Source: Balanoglossus misakiensis
Lineage: Eukaryota > Animalia > Hemichordata
Direction: 5' to 3'
NCBI GenBank assembly: GCA_040954595.2
Contig: CM082583.2
Span: 3,233,060-3,297,059, forward strand
Length of the DNA stretch: 64,000 nucleotides
A program made the translations under genes and the position numbers. How positions within the stretch are numbered: the first letter of the stretch is position 1; each line of letters opens with the position of its first letter. Shown one piece after another: positions 1 through 14,008 of the stretch. Below the pieces are notes generated by a model. It did no database searches and was not told where the DNA came from. It saw only the letters and a program-made list of their open reading frames with translations.

Positions 1-3000
1 TCACTGATTTCCTAGAGAACACAATAGTCAGAATCAGAACACATTATTATTGAAATGTCAATGTCACTTACCATGCGATTAATTTCCTTTTTCCATATGA
101 TGTTACACATATTGACTGGTATACGTAAGTTTCCCGAGGGACTGTGAGTAGCCCCAAAACAGTCTGTTTCCAGAGGCCGAAGGCTGAGGGGAACCAATCG
201 TTTTGGGGCGACTCACAGGCTCTAGGGGACACAAATGTATGTGGGTACCCCAATATGGTAAGTCAATATGTATTTTACAACACACCGGCCTCATCCAACA
301 GTAGCACAAATCAGGAAGTTTCTTTGCTGTTATCAAGTTGCTCTCGGTTGCAGGCGACATCCACCATCTTAGTTGTCTTGAGTGCACGTGCATAGATGTG
401 GGTGCTCTAGTGTGCCTATAACCCTGGGTCATAGGCATTGCCAGAGTGCCCGCACAGGAGTGAACCTTTCAGTCGAGCATAGATGATGATTCTCAATGTA
501 GCTAGGCAACTGTTTTCTGAACTGTTGCCTGTCAGGCAACAGCGCTATACTGATGCACCCCATGTGACTGCACATAGGCAAATCACATCACAGATTACGG
601 ATCTACATGATTTAAAGTCAAGTGCTCAAAAATTTCCAAAATAATTATTCGTTCGTGCATTGTAACTAATTTCTACGCAACTGCATACACATTCAGTATT
701 CAACCTCAAATCTGGCCACCGATGGATGGGAGCAGTTAGAAACAAGTCTTTTTTCCCCCCCAGAGAATCTCACCTCATTAACAGTTCGCCTGATGACCTT
801 GTTGTTTTCTATTATCTCTTCTGTGATAATATGTTTGACGACTGTGGCTACTACAGTTGTCACCAATGTTCGGCGGGTAATTTTGGTCACTGAAGTTTGA
901 GTACTTGGAATTTCATTATTACCCTGGAGTTGAAACGAGAGAATCATGCAATAAATGAGTACCCATATGAGAAATTTAAACTAATTGAAAATACAATGGC
1001 TATATCAGATTCTCTCTCTGTCTGCTCACTGACATATTCTGGCCTCAAAATTACATCAACGATACTTTGCTCCTACTTTATCACCATTGATACATTCAAC
1101 TGTAGTCCCATATACTAAATCAGTTATATTATGTCTGGCATCAACACAAATCCACTTCGAAGGGGTGCCTTTAGTTAAATATTCACAATTAAAAATGTGA
1201 AAATAGATCAACAACTTGATGGAGAGCGTTCCAGTGACAAGATGAGTTTATCATGAGAAAATCGATCCTCAGAACAGTGAAACCAAATTTGAAACCACAG
1301 TGATATTCAAGATTATTATGAGCAGTCCTAGTACACAGCTGTAATTGCTCACACATGACCCACACCTCTGTAACACAGGCGTAAATTTTCCCAAGTGTAT
1401 ACATGTGAGATCCATAGCAGGCACACCAGGCCACTGGAAAATCTCACTTCCGGATTATAGCTAAGATGTTTAAGATCATTTGTGTTTATAAATTTTACAA
1501 GTAACAAAATTAATAGCTACCTTATTGGGTGTTTGGTCCTCATTTAATCTCTGTGGTATCTCCGACCGTTCACTTCCTCTCCTGTCTTGTTTTTCACCAC
1601 TGTCTTTATTTCCATAGTTTCTTTCTTCTCTGTTTCCATGGCTACCTCCCCCTCGACTATTCTCTCCTCCCCCATCAGCAGACAGGGCACAACCCCTGGT
1701 CTCTTTGTTCTCTTGATATCCGTCCTTCTCTTGGTTCACTTTGTGTGATTTTTTAGGAGTTGGAACTTTGTCAGATTGGGAGTCTGAGAAATCATAGGGA
1801 TCCCTGAAACCTCTGGTTCGTTCAGTGATGACCTTTGACTCCTGCTGGATCTCTTCACTCATTGGCTCTGTCCTGACCTCCAGTATCCCGACCTCTTCTT
1901 CATCTTCCTGCTGTGTTGTCTCCTCACCTCCTTGACTTCCTTGTTCTTGACTGTCTGCTAATTTTACAGATTTTCTCCTGCGCCTTTTTATAACCGGTTG
2001 CGAGAACAAATCTTCGGACTGCACTGACTCTGCTGGCTGATTGTTGTCTTCAAAAACATCCATCTTTTCTATTTTGTTTTCCTCTTCATTGATGATACTC
2101 TCCTCCTGTCTCTCTGCACTGAACACCTCTTCTATCCCTGCTTTTTCTTTTGCCATAGTATGGGTCTTTTTAGTAATGTTTGGTCTAACCCTTGATTTCC
2201 TTTGGATTTTCAGACTTTTGCATGACTTAAATTCAAAAGGATCTTCACTGCAAAAGGAAAAGGAATTTAATAAAATAGATGTTTTCCATTCAAGTGGTAG
2301 TGAATTATATCTTGAATAAAATCCCCCCCCCCCCAATGAATAACAATTACCCAACTCCCACTCTCACAAGCCTGTGATGGCCATGAATCATCATGACCCT
2401 TCCACATTATAAAGTATGGTCAGGCATGTCTGTGTAATGGCTCCAGGTTTGAGAACAAAAACAATAACTACCAGTAAGTAGCCAACTAGCAGCCATATTG
2501 GCTCACATCACAAAACAAGTAGACAAAAACATGTGCATGTGCATATCATAGTACATTGTCCATGTATAAAGTTTGATTGAAACCAGTTTAGACAGACAGT
2601 CAGACAGACAGATAAAGCCCAATCCATTCATCCCCCCAGTCTTGAACTGGCTACAAGATCAGCAGATGATTGTCAAGATGTTTGGTTGATACACGAGTTG
2701 CTGCTTTATTTACTTTGTTTGGTAAATCAGTGAATATATGTATCATCAATAATCTTGGTGGATCTCGATTTAATACACAGATGTAGATTTTAAACTCACC
2801 TGTACTGCACTGACTGGATCTTCTCAGCTTCAGCTGTTTTGGATTTATGCGTTTCTTTGCCTTCTCTAATCTTTGTAAATACAGAATCAGTCTTCGTGAC
2901 AGCAATTTCATCGTCTTGTGGGACAGACTCCGGTTCTAGGAAATAAACCATATCAAATCCTGTATTTATGGTTCCATGACAGGATTCAGCCCTTGAAGTT

Positions 3001-6000
3001 GTACGGTCAGTTTTATACCAACATAGAACCCTTTCCAACACACAATTTATAACTTTTACAGTAATAAAATGGGAAACCCAGAAATGACTCTTTCTTTGTC
3101 ATGGCTCAGACAAGCACCAGCTGAACTTCAAAAACCCATAACATCCGACCCATAGGCACTGAAGTCCTCTTATGAGCTTATAGTATTTGAATATATTTAA
3201 ATAAGGAAGTAATGTAAATAAGGTGAAACTAATTTAAACAAAGTCAATTGGATAGCTAACAGTCATGCTTTCTACACAGACTAATATTTCACATTCTTGG
3301 GACTTACTTTCTAAATGAAAAACTGGAGTATCAGTGCTTTCTTGAGATGCGACTGCAAATCCTAATCTGAGTGATGTTCTCCCAGGAATCTCTCTTTGCT
3401 CTTTCATCTGCAAAGCAACAAGTGTCAAGGATTGAACTGTAGTTTGTCCTGAGGTGATACATGTACTTGATTGTACATGTACATTGTGATTCTATTCTTC
3501 TCTTTTTGAAAGGGGGCATCCTGGGAGGTTGGTTAGACAATAGCTACAAAAATTTACCCCTTCCCATCTTTGAGATATTTTGCAACACAAGTTGAATACG
3601 TTACTTTTGCCTGTATTTTTAACTCACAGTAGGATCTGTCCATGGGAAGTGAAAATGAATGAATCCATCGTAATTTTGCCATTTTTGACATCCCTATTTT
3701 ACTCAGAATGTTAACATTTTGGATTTGGTGGTTTATGACGAAGCAAACATCTGTATTTTGATATTCCTGTTGTCTTTCAGAAATATTCATATAAGAATTC
3801 ATACAAGTACCTTTTCAGCAGTGACTTTGTCTTCAGCCTCTTTGGTTTCTTCAGTGTCTTTTTGGCTGAATTTGGACAAAAGAGGTGTACTGTGACGGGG
3901 TTGTTGCTTCCTTCGTTTGACGGAGAGAGGCGCGATGGTGGTGACCACTGGTCGGAGTAATGATCCTTCATTTGGAATTTCCAACCGGAATGGTTCCGAC
4001 TGTTGTGATCCGTCGTGTGTGTTTGCTTGAGTTTTCTCCACTCCAGGCGTCACTTCTGTTGGGTTTGGAGTGGTTGTTACGTTGTCTGATGCGCATGTGA
4101 TATCTGAAACTTCAATATCTATGGGTGTCTCTGTTCTCTCTGAAGCCTGGCTATTTCGTCCATCACCTGGTGCTGATTTCTGCTCAATTGGGCTGATGAG
4201 TGGAGTACATCGTGATGTCAGCTGATCGCCTGTTTTCTTCTGCCTTTCCGATAACTGACTTTCCTTGTTTTCATGCTGTGTTCTCGCTTCATTTTCAGTT
4301 TGGAACCCTTGAGAATCCTTATTTCTTAGTCCACCAGTGGATATTTGTGCAAGAAGCGACTGACTTGGAGAGGATTTATCCATTGAGTCATTCTTTTCTG
4401 ATGCTGCAAAAATATTGAGATGAAAGTTGTTACAAATATGATATTAACATAACTTTTCATCCGTGTGTAGTGCTGTGATAGAAATGCTCAACTAGCCACA
4501 ATAACATCTTTGCACACTGTAGGTACTAAAAAGTCCTGTTAAATTCACAATCAGCACAATTCTGTGAAGGTTTGACAGCGCTTCTGAGCTGACTGTAGCA
4601 AATAAGATTGATAGACAAACCAACACAGGTTTGGTTTACAGAGTGTGTTTAATGGAGCTAGACAATTTGGTTTGTAAGAACATTTTACTCTGTGCTATTA
4701 TAATGATAGCCATACCAGCTATTTGTCACAAAAATGAATAATGAAGGAACCACAACTTGGTTTGCTCGGACAAGAAGCTTTGTGAATTTTGTCAAGCCAT
4801 CAAACTATACAGTTTAAATGTGTATCTATGCAATATTTTATAAGCTTTCTATGGAGGGAAATAAGGGCGAAAGGATTAGGTCTTAAACAAACCTGCAGGG
4901 ATGACCATGTCATCTGAGTTGACAGTTTCATCCAGTTGACCTGATTTGGTTGAAGCGTTGCTGACTTGTATCTCAACTGCCTGTGACTCAGTACCAGTAT
5001 CTGCCTGTGAGGGCGACAGACACAATTGCCAGCCTCCATTTCCTTCACTGGATTCTTGAAAAGTTACATTGTCTGTCTTTTCCTCTACTTTGTCTGAAAC
5101 AACAGAATCAACCTCCATATTATGCTCGTCTTCCTTCTCAGTAAAGTCTGGCAATCTTTCCCCTGTTTCTTCACTCTGTTCAGTTATTCCAGTGCTGACT
5201 GACAGATGAAGTTGTATTGGACAGCTTTCCGTGGATCCTGCCAATTCTGTTCTTGTTTCCTCATGCTGTTTGGTCCCATGTGTATCGCTTTTGTGACTTG
5301 GTGTTGGCTTAAATGGATCCTATCAGTTAAATGAAACAGAAATTAGGCATCTTATGAACAACAGGTTGTCAAACTTGCAGCATACAGGTATTCTGTAATC
5401 ATTCAAATTCCTTAGAGCTGGGTGAGAATCTGATAAAATTTCACATGCTTTTTTACCACAGATATCCCATCATCAGACTACCTACCTCTGACATTTCAGG
5501 TTCGTCTGGTCCAAAACCTTCTCTCATTCCTTGGTTTCCACTCATGACATCTCTGCTATGCAAACCTTGGCTTGGTGACCTTTGACTTTGTGACCTTTGA
5601 CTTTGTGACCTGGGTTCTTCTTCCCAACAGCCTCCAGTCTCTTCACACGCGGACAATTTTGGCACACTCTGTTGTGGACCATTCTTTGCTGAAGAGCTTG
5701 CCACTCTTCCTTCGATGTCTTGCTTTACTCCAAGTGGTGCAGAAATACTTTCATCTGTAGTAATTCGCAATGGTGGTGATGACTGCCAAGCCTGACAAAT
5801 ATTTGACAAAATCAACATTAAAATTTCCCATTTCAATAATAACAAAGTTATTTGTATGTCTCAACCAAATATGGCCTATTCTGGTGCATTATTAACACTA
5901 TCTCTGTACCCTTTTCCACAGAAGGGAATTGTTGGTGTGAGTATAACACACATAAAAAGTATTCAAGTTTCACAATGCAAAATAATGCAAAAATAATTAT

Positions 6001-9000
6001 TAACTGTAGTGGATAAATAAAAGGTGGTGGAAGAAAGAATACTAGGAAAATAAATGTTCAAGTGTTAATAAATGACTGTGAAATGTATAATGGGCCTATT
6101 TGAGAACACGTTTCAAACAATATGAGTTACAAATTGCTGTTCCTGTGTTTTTGGAAATACTCTTCAGACAACCAAAATGATGAATAGGCTTCAAAATGAT
6201 GTAGAGAAGCAGTTTGAAGATCACAAGGAAGAATGAACAGAAACATTTCACCAAACTATCATCGTTTACAATGAATATCTTCTTGTATTTGGTGTGGTTG
6301 CTCATTTGTTTGTGTCTGTTTGTCTTGTGTTGGTTTTTTTTTCTCTGTCAATGTCTGGTTGTATATTTTAGCTGTTCTATGGGATGTACTTTAAATCCTG
6401 ATTTAAATAATAAATAAATAAATAAATAAATAAAAATTTGACGCAGACTTTTTATCGATTTCTAGTTCAGTTGATTGATGAAAAGGAGACAACAGAAAAT
6501 CAGCTTATCAAATGAGGGACCTACTTGATTGTGTAAACTTTTGGTGCGAAACTAGTTCTCAGATTCACATTTTTTTGTAAAAATCTATGATGATGGTCTT
6601 TAACCCCTTGACTACTTGGAGTGCCGGAAATTTCCAGCACCATAATTAACTGCTATATACCTTGCATGCAGGATAATTCAGGTGCAACTAAATAATGATT
6701 CTGTAGTTTGTTTTGTATATAGGGTTTCATGGCTGATGGCAGTCAAGGGGTTAATGGTGAAGGTCATACCTGTATTGAAAGTGATGATCCACTTGTTTCT
6801 TTGGATTGACTTGTTGTTAAGCTGCTCTTTTCACTGTCACTGCAAGAGGTTGACGTGGTAACAGTAGTACTGCTGATAGTACGTGTGGCCATTTGTTCTG
6901 CATTCAAAGCTTGTTGCCACTTTGGAATCTGTGTTATTTTGATGAATAACCAGATAGGAAATTCACAAGTTAGACAGAGTTACAAACATTTCTGAAATTC
7001 TAGGAAGAAATGGCTTAGTTGCCTGTCTGGAAATTTTCCTGGGTGATATACAGTCTCAACAATCGAAGACGCTTTTTGTTCTCTGTCTAATTAGATGAAG
7101 TGTGTTCAACGTGTGAAGTATGCTCTTCAAGTCGACAATTTTCTGAAGAAACTGCAAAACCTTGTGTATCTATATAGGCAGTTTATAAGGCAGGACATGT
7201 GGCACAGGACAAACAACACATGGCCCATTATGTTGGACAAAAGTTGCAAGCTTTTGTTATATTCTGCACCTATTCTAGTTTCATACAAAGCTTGACTTGC
7301 ATTACTTGGCTAGCAACTCAAAATAACCAAGTATTGCAAGATCTCGCAATGAATGAAAAATCATCTATTTGATGTACCTGTATTGTGTGTATTTCTTCAT
7401 CAAGATCAATGCAGGTATCTACTTTACTTGTAGTCTGCTCATTCTCTGGGGAGAGGAAATAAAAACCTGAATTAACATCTTGTCTGATGTGAGGGAAAGA
7501 GTTGTCATTTCATTTAAAGGGACAAAGTCTCTCTCTCGCTGCCCGTTTTCCATTAATTATGTTTGACACAAGACACTGTTTATGTTACTCTACGTGTGGA
7601 TATATAGTGTATCAACGTTCGACCACACACAACTTCCATCACACTTGTAGACACGAGAGTGAAAAAAATCGCCAAAATGAATAATCGGTCTCTACCATTT
7701 ATTCATTTTGGCGAGACTTCTACTCTCATATCCTTCAAATGGGATGGTAGTTGTGTGTGGTCGAATAGATGGAACAGTAACACATACCAACTACTCTATC
7801 TGTTGGTGAATCAGGAATCATGATTGGTGTCGGCCCGTAAGCATCTGGTGTTGGTGGGATACTGAAAGTGAAAGAAAAAAATCAAATTCAATTCAGAAAC
7901 AGCTGCATGGATATAGAAACTTGCCAATTATTCACCATGAGTTTATGGAGGGAGCATGGCAAAAGTGAGGGAAATGAAAATAACAAATAACATTTTGATA
8001 TTGTGTTTCTTCAACACACAGTACTTCACATTCTCAAACTTGTGCGTTTGATAGCAGACTCACCCATCATCAGATGTACTTGTTTCCGTTTCATGAACTA
8101 GAGTCACTCCTCCAGACAGATGAAGAGCCCCAACAGTGATGGATGGCGTGTTGACACGAGACTCTCTTGGACACTCATCTACAAATTGGTATTAATCAAA
8201 TACTTTAGACTGCAAACTTTGCTCAATATTGCAATGAATGTTGGAGCTGAGGTGCAGAGAAGTGGTGATTCAAACAATGTTTCACTGCAATCAGATTCTT
8301 TTACAAATAAACTCACAGGTATGATGAAATACTTCAAGCAATACGTACGCTACACTAGACAGAAGTTATATCACACAAAGATCACATATTTTGTCCAAAA
8401 CCACTGCAACTATCTCTGTCAATTGAAGTTTCACAGCTGGGTATTTTTCTCCCATTGGCCATGGGGGAGTACATGTACCTACCACACTGATTAGCTTCTT
8501 CAGTGAACAAGTCCTTCTGTGATGCAGAGGCATCTTCGTCGTCAGATGAGATCACAATTGCTTCAACCTGCTTACCAAGAGTACCACTGAATTTCTGTCT
8601 TCTTATGCCACTGCAAAAATCATTTGTAATGTATGTAATAAAGTGTATTATAATATGCTTGCAATCCAGCAATCTGATTGGTTGCAGTCACCTGGTTTAT
8701 AATCTCAACTAGAACACTTTCTGGTGAAAACTGAAAACTGAAGAGAGTTAACTTGGAATAGAACACTCCTTTTAATAACTTGTTTACATAGTATAAAAAT
8801 TGACAGATTAAGCATAACCTATTGTATTAGTACAATAAATTTCTATATCTGCAAATCGAGTCTCCACAGTCACAAAACAGTTGAAAGGTTTATGTGGTTT
8901 CATGTGTAGACTGAGTGACTGTCACATTCTAATTTTGACTGGATGCTAATTAATTTGCATTATATTGTAACAATTTCATTTCATTCTCGTTTGATTTGAG

Positions 9001-9965
9001 TTCATGGCAAATTTACTCCTTTAAATTTACCACAAACTGATTATTTTATGAAGGTGTACAATAATAGGGTTACCGTATATGCAAAATACGGACTTGGGAT
9101 CCATACTTGATGCATGCAGGTACTGTCAGGTTGAATTCCACATTTTTACAGTACGTGACATATTGAAATGACCTTTGACCTCACCTTGTCCTCCCATCTT
9201 TATTTGGAAGGCCTGGTGATGTCATACTAGCCGATGATCCAAAACTTGCACCTGCACTCTCCACACTTGTACTGCCAGGATAAAGGCTACTGCTGATACT
9301 ACTACCAACAGTCGTTAAGGAACTGCTGTCTGAGAAAGACATACATAAACAGTGGGTGGATATTTACCAACAATTATCATGTGTAAGCGATTTTTCATTA
9401 ACTGAAGACTAACTTAATCTTATAGTATAAATTTTAATCATTAAGAATAAGGCATCAGTGATTGTGAATCATTATCACACAAAAATTAATATATTAAACT
9501 TGAACATAACACTATGTAATAGTCTAGATTGTTTTTACCTTCCATTTTCTTTGGATGGTGCATGTGATCAGCATCTGTTAGCTGATCTTTCTTGGGTGTT
9601 CTATCACTCTGACTGGTCGTCATGATTGAGCTGGCTTCAGACACACTGAAATGATGACATGCTCTCAGTCACATTAAAAGACTTATCAATTGAAGACAGT
9701 GGGGGGGAGAGGGTTACGTAGACTCTCCCACAGCCCCTCTGCCTACGTTAGAGTCAATCTGATTAAAATCAGATGCAGGGTACAGCGATGTTTTTCACTT
9801 CACGGTACGGTATTCTTATGCTGTCGCCTCACACTACATCTGACCAACTCCCATACAAGCTCCCGTTCAAAATTACTGGCTTTACTGGGCCAGTAAACCA
9901 ATCAGTGTATATCGATGTAACGTGCAATTTAATTGACCTGGCCGCAAAGGGAGGTTGAACAGGAT

Positions 9966-9996
<31 letters not shown>

Positions 9997-11086
9997 TAGT
10001 CTTGACAATATGTCTTGACAATATCATATATTATATTACAGTTAAGGATTTTCTCTGAGTAATTTGTAATTAATTCACCTTCCTTCAGCTAACAGTTTTT
10101 GTTCTGCATGTATATCATTTCCATGGTGCTTGCGTTGATCTTCACATCCACTACCAGCATCTACAATACGTTGGTCACCATGGTTTCCATCAGCACATTC
10201 AAAGTCGTCATCTTCTTGCTCTTTGTTACCTCCTGCTGGAATTGAGATAATGACAGTGTGTTGGATTCAAGGGATGGCTATGAATTTTCTGGACTGCACA
10301 TAAGCACACTCATCAAAATAACACAACATCAGGTACATGTATCATGATCTTACCTTCCAATTGAGACGTGCCTACTTCTAAACTACCAGTATTCTCCGGT
10401 TCAATGGCATTCTATAAATGTAGGAACAGGAGAAAGAAATATATTCATGTAATTTATATGATGACCAATCATTAATAAACTATGCAGCATAAAATTGCCT
10501 TTGTGTCAAAAATGCAGGAACATATGCAAAGTAGTGATGCATGTGAGTGAAGTCAATATACAACTGCAAGAGCTGAATTTCTCAAAAATATGCACTGAAA
10601 GTTTCTTTGTCTGCTGTTGTTGTTATATTCTATTAACTTGCATCCTCATTAATTAAATATTTTAAAGAAAGGGAAAATTTACTGGGTAATTTTGTCAGCT
10701 ACAAGCTTTGATACATACCAATGGTTGAAATATGGTCAATCAGCCACTTATAATCAAACCTGGTACATATCACCACACCAGTGTTTTTCCCATTCAGACA
10801 CAGGTGTTGTAGCTCTGCGTACAGGTCTGTGTGTTCCCGGCATGCCGTGTACCGTCGGGAACACACAGACCTGTACGCAGAGCTAACACAGCTGCAAACA
10901 TATAGCCTTATATTCTACTTTGTAACTTACTTGCTCAGAAGGATTGTCCATCAGAGCTGTTAATTTCTTGAGTTGAAGTTTATGATATTGTTTGTTTCCC
11001 AAGCTTTGAGATTCTTCCGGCTGTGAGTTATCAACCATAAAACAAGGCTGTAGCTCAGACAATTCAGAGAACTCACTGTTGTCCAT
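1..11086 (-). CDS. TP53BP1: TP53-binding protein 1-like (53BP1), multi-exon, 3' part (Tudor/BRCT) outside the window
   Basis: N-terminus MDNSEFSELSELQPCFMVDNSQPEESQ (ATG 11086) resembles 53BP1 'PCLIIEDSQPESQ'. Many acidic, SQ/TQ-rich exons with GT-AG ends (e.g. ~1520-2248, 3810-4403, 4892-5319, 5485-5792). Exon ~774-924 'KITRRTLVTTVVATVVKHIITEEIIENNKVIRRTVNE' resembles the 53BP1 oligomerisation region. Probable 5'UTR exon with a donor near 12363. Confidence 0.8.
6604..6750. mobile_element. piggyBac-like MITE (TTAA flanks, CCCCTTGACT/AGTCAAGGGG TIRs)
   Basis: ttaa-ccccttgact ... agtcaagggg-ttaa in a 53BP1 intron. Confidence 0.6.
7518..7766. mobile_element. Fold-back non-autonomous DNA transposon, copy 1 (TTAA-flanked, possibly Kolobok-like)
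   Basis: ttaa-agggacaaagtctctctctcgctgccc...; near-identical to 24614-24872 and, in reverse, to 34243-34454; internal inverted repeats. Confidence 0.6.
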
Positions 11087-12077
11087 CTGCTTGTTCACTA
11101 TATGTATATGCACATCTATAATAAAAGTGAGAACAGTGGTCCAAACACATATGTTAATAGCATATAACTGTTAGAATCTGTTAGGGTGGTCATTTTACTG
11201 GGGACAACTCATTGAGTATCCGTCTGATTTAAAACTGCTTTTATTTGCACTAGTAATTTAAAACCCTATATCATATTTTTACATTTACTATCTAGTCATG
11301 CGGTTAAAAGTATAGTCTTTTTCAAATGCAACTTTACATTTGCCCATAGGATTTCTCTGAACTGTTATTATAGCGAGGTTAATGCTATGCTACAAATGTT
11401 TGACCAAATAGATCTTCCACTAATAATTATCCAGAATATGCTGAAAATTCTCAAACCACTGTAGTGGTGGTTGTATATGATATGAGAACATAAAGCACTG
11501 AAAAAAATTCATGTAAACTTAAAAATATACAGACAATTCAAAACTCGTTTTCTTTTGAAAATTACTTAATGGATATCAAAAATGTAAATTGCAGGAAGAT
11601 GAATTTTGTATCACTAACCGTACTATGCAAATTGAGGTTGGGAGAAGAAAATCTGAGTTCCTGAATTGCATTTCATCACCAAATGTAGTAAATATGCAGC
11701 ATATAAATGTTCTTTTCTCAACTCTGAAGTCACACCTTAGTCTTCAAGAACTTTGGAACATTTGAGTGATAGAGAGAATTGTACATCTTGACCTACTCGC
11801 AGGTCAAGATGTACAATTCAAGATGTAACAACCTGCTCGCAGCGCCAATGTTGTGATTTACGCAGAGTCCTGACTGACCTAAACTACAGGCTCTAACTTG
11901 ACTACAGCTACCTGGTCTGCAGCCCCAAAACCACGCTGTTGGTCCATCCACAGCCAGGCTTTTTAGACTCCCTCCATTTCCGCCTAGAGGACTGATGGGG
12001 CAGCTATGTTGCCATGGTGATGACCTGAATGAGGGCGTCCTTGCAGAATCACTACAATATTGCACAAATCATATCAA

Positions 12078-12207
12078 ATCAGATGTAGGTTGGCTCGATC
12101 TTTACATTAACTGATTCTTGACTGTTCTGTTTTCGGGTGTCCATTGTGGCAAACAGCCATGAATCAGTAAATGTAAAGATCGAGCTGGCCAACCTTACAT
12201 CTGATTG
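12078..12207. repeat. Imperfect inverted repeat / MITE
   Basis: atcagatgtaggttggc..tcgatctttacatt.actgattc pairs with gaatcagt.aatgtaaagatcga..gccaacct.tacatctgat. Confidence 0.6.
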
Positions 12208-13348
12208 AGACCCCCCCCCCCCACATCCAGTAGTGCAAACTGTCCGAAGTTGTGTCTACACATCTACTTCCACATGACATGAACAAGCATTAAAATGTGT
12301 CATGCGATCACGAAGCACAAATTTGTTACCTCGGATTGATAGGCTTATCGTCTGTCGTCTTACTGGTGCTACATAAGGAATGATGAGGCTATCGACAAAA
12401 TACTGCTGACATAAACAACAACACATGCACGATGGACGCTTTTCAAAACGTGCACGAACATGGCGCGAAATACGCATGCCTGATTGGACAACAAAAATAA
12501 TGACGTCACGGTAGGATGACCTTTCTTCGGGTGGCATAGCTAAGGTAGCTTTCAATTCATATTGGGAGGGTCTTTATTGTTGAAAATTAAATCTGGACGG
12601 AATTAAATTCACCAATAAACAATGACAATGGTCTTTACTCATATTGCATGAGTTTTTGAACATTTTATCAAGCTATCTAGGGTAGAACAAGAAACCTGAG
12701 TTGACAGTATTTGAGATAAAAAAGGCCAAATAACAGCAGTACTTTAAGCAACACATGGGGGATTCGCATTTGTCGTGATTTTGCGAACTTAAAATGTGAC
12801 CCTCCCCAGAGTAAGTTTGCAAAGTGCTCGAGGCCCCTCCAAAATCCCCCATGCTCCGGTATCTCAGATTTGTGAAATATACCCCCCCCCCCCCCAATTT
12901 TCCTGATCCACCCTTCGTAATAGCTGAAAGCTCCCTAAGTCAGTACAGCTGAATCGAAAAAGCCGAAAGTGTGTGATTAGATTCGCCGTATTTCCTGCAT
13001 GGTTTTCGCATTATTGAGAAATTTTGGCCTTGTTTAGTTGTACATTTGTATACCATAGCGGAGACATACAAACATTTTCGATTTAACGTCTACGTTGTAG
13101 CACGATTGGATACATGAAGACAAAGGCGGGCGTGAAAACAGCACAGCGAGTCGACTGTTGCATGTTGTAGTTGTACAAATACAGTGTAAGCAAGTACGTC
13201 CACATACAGTGACATACCAAGTCAGACAACCATACTCATACCCCGCCATGACATGACCAGGATTTGAAAGAAAGGAGGACTCTGTTCGGGAATTCATCCT
13301 TCGCTTCATGATTGGTGGCTTTGAGAAAGGAAGACTCGTCGCTAAGGA

Positions 13349-14008
13349 ATGGTCATGTATATGGCATCGGGTCTGAGGGCAATGACCAACCTGTCTTTTC
13401 CTCTCCTACCGATCGAGTACGATGACACACCAGAATGGGCTTACACGATGCGACGGGAAATGCAAGAAATAGTACCTGATGTGTTTCTAGGACCGTATGC
13501 AGCAGCAATGAGAAGTAGGAAAGAGCTCTTGAAAGACTGTGGTGTTACTCATATCGTGTGCATTCGACAGAGTATAGAGGCAAATTTCATCAAGCCAAAT
13601 TTCCCTGGGGACTTTTGTTATCTGGTGTTGGATGTTGCAGACAAGCCAACAGAGAACATTATTCAACACTTTGTAGTTGCCAAAGAATTTATCGACGGGT
13701 GCCTATCGGAAGGAGGGAAAGTTCTTGTGCATGGAAATGCGGGGATTTCCCGAAGTGCTGCACTTGTGGTGGCCTATGTCATGGAAACATTTTGTCTCAC
13801 ATACAAAGAGGCTTTCAGATACGTTCAACAGAGACGGTTCTGTATCAACCCCAACGAAGGATTTGCCCATCAACTGACTGAATACGAAGCAATCTATCAG
13901 GCCAGGCTAATGACAGGGCAGTTAAAGGATGATGTTGCCCATAGCAACAACAGTGTACGTGTGAAAAGAAGACTAGATGATGAAGAGATGATGGAAGATT
14001 TTGACTAA
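13349..14008 (+). CDS. STYX: Serine/threonine/tyrosine-interacting protein (pseudophosphatase), single-exon CDS
   Basis: 219-aa ORF with EWAYTMRREMQEI..FLGPY, CIRQSIEANFIKPNF, and the diagnostic VHGNAGISRS (catalytic Cys replaced by Gly); matches STYX end to end. Confidence 0.96.
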   Translation: MVMYMASGLRAMTNLSFPLLPIEYDDTPEWAYTMRREMQEIVPDVFLGPYAAAMRSRKELLKDCGVTHIVCIRQSIEANFIKPNFPGDFCYLVLDVADKPTENIIQHFVVAKEFIDGCLSEGGKVLVHGNAGISRSAALVVAYVMETFCLTYKEAFRYVQQRRFCINPNEGFAHQLTEYEAIYQARLMTGQLKDDVAHSNNSVRVKRRLDDEEMMEDFD

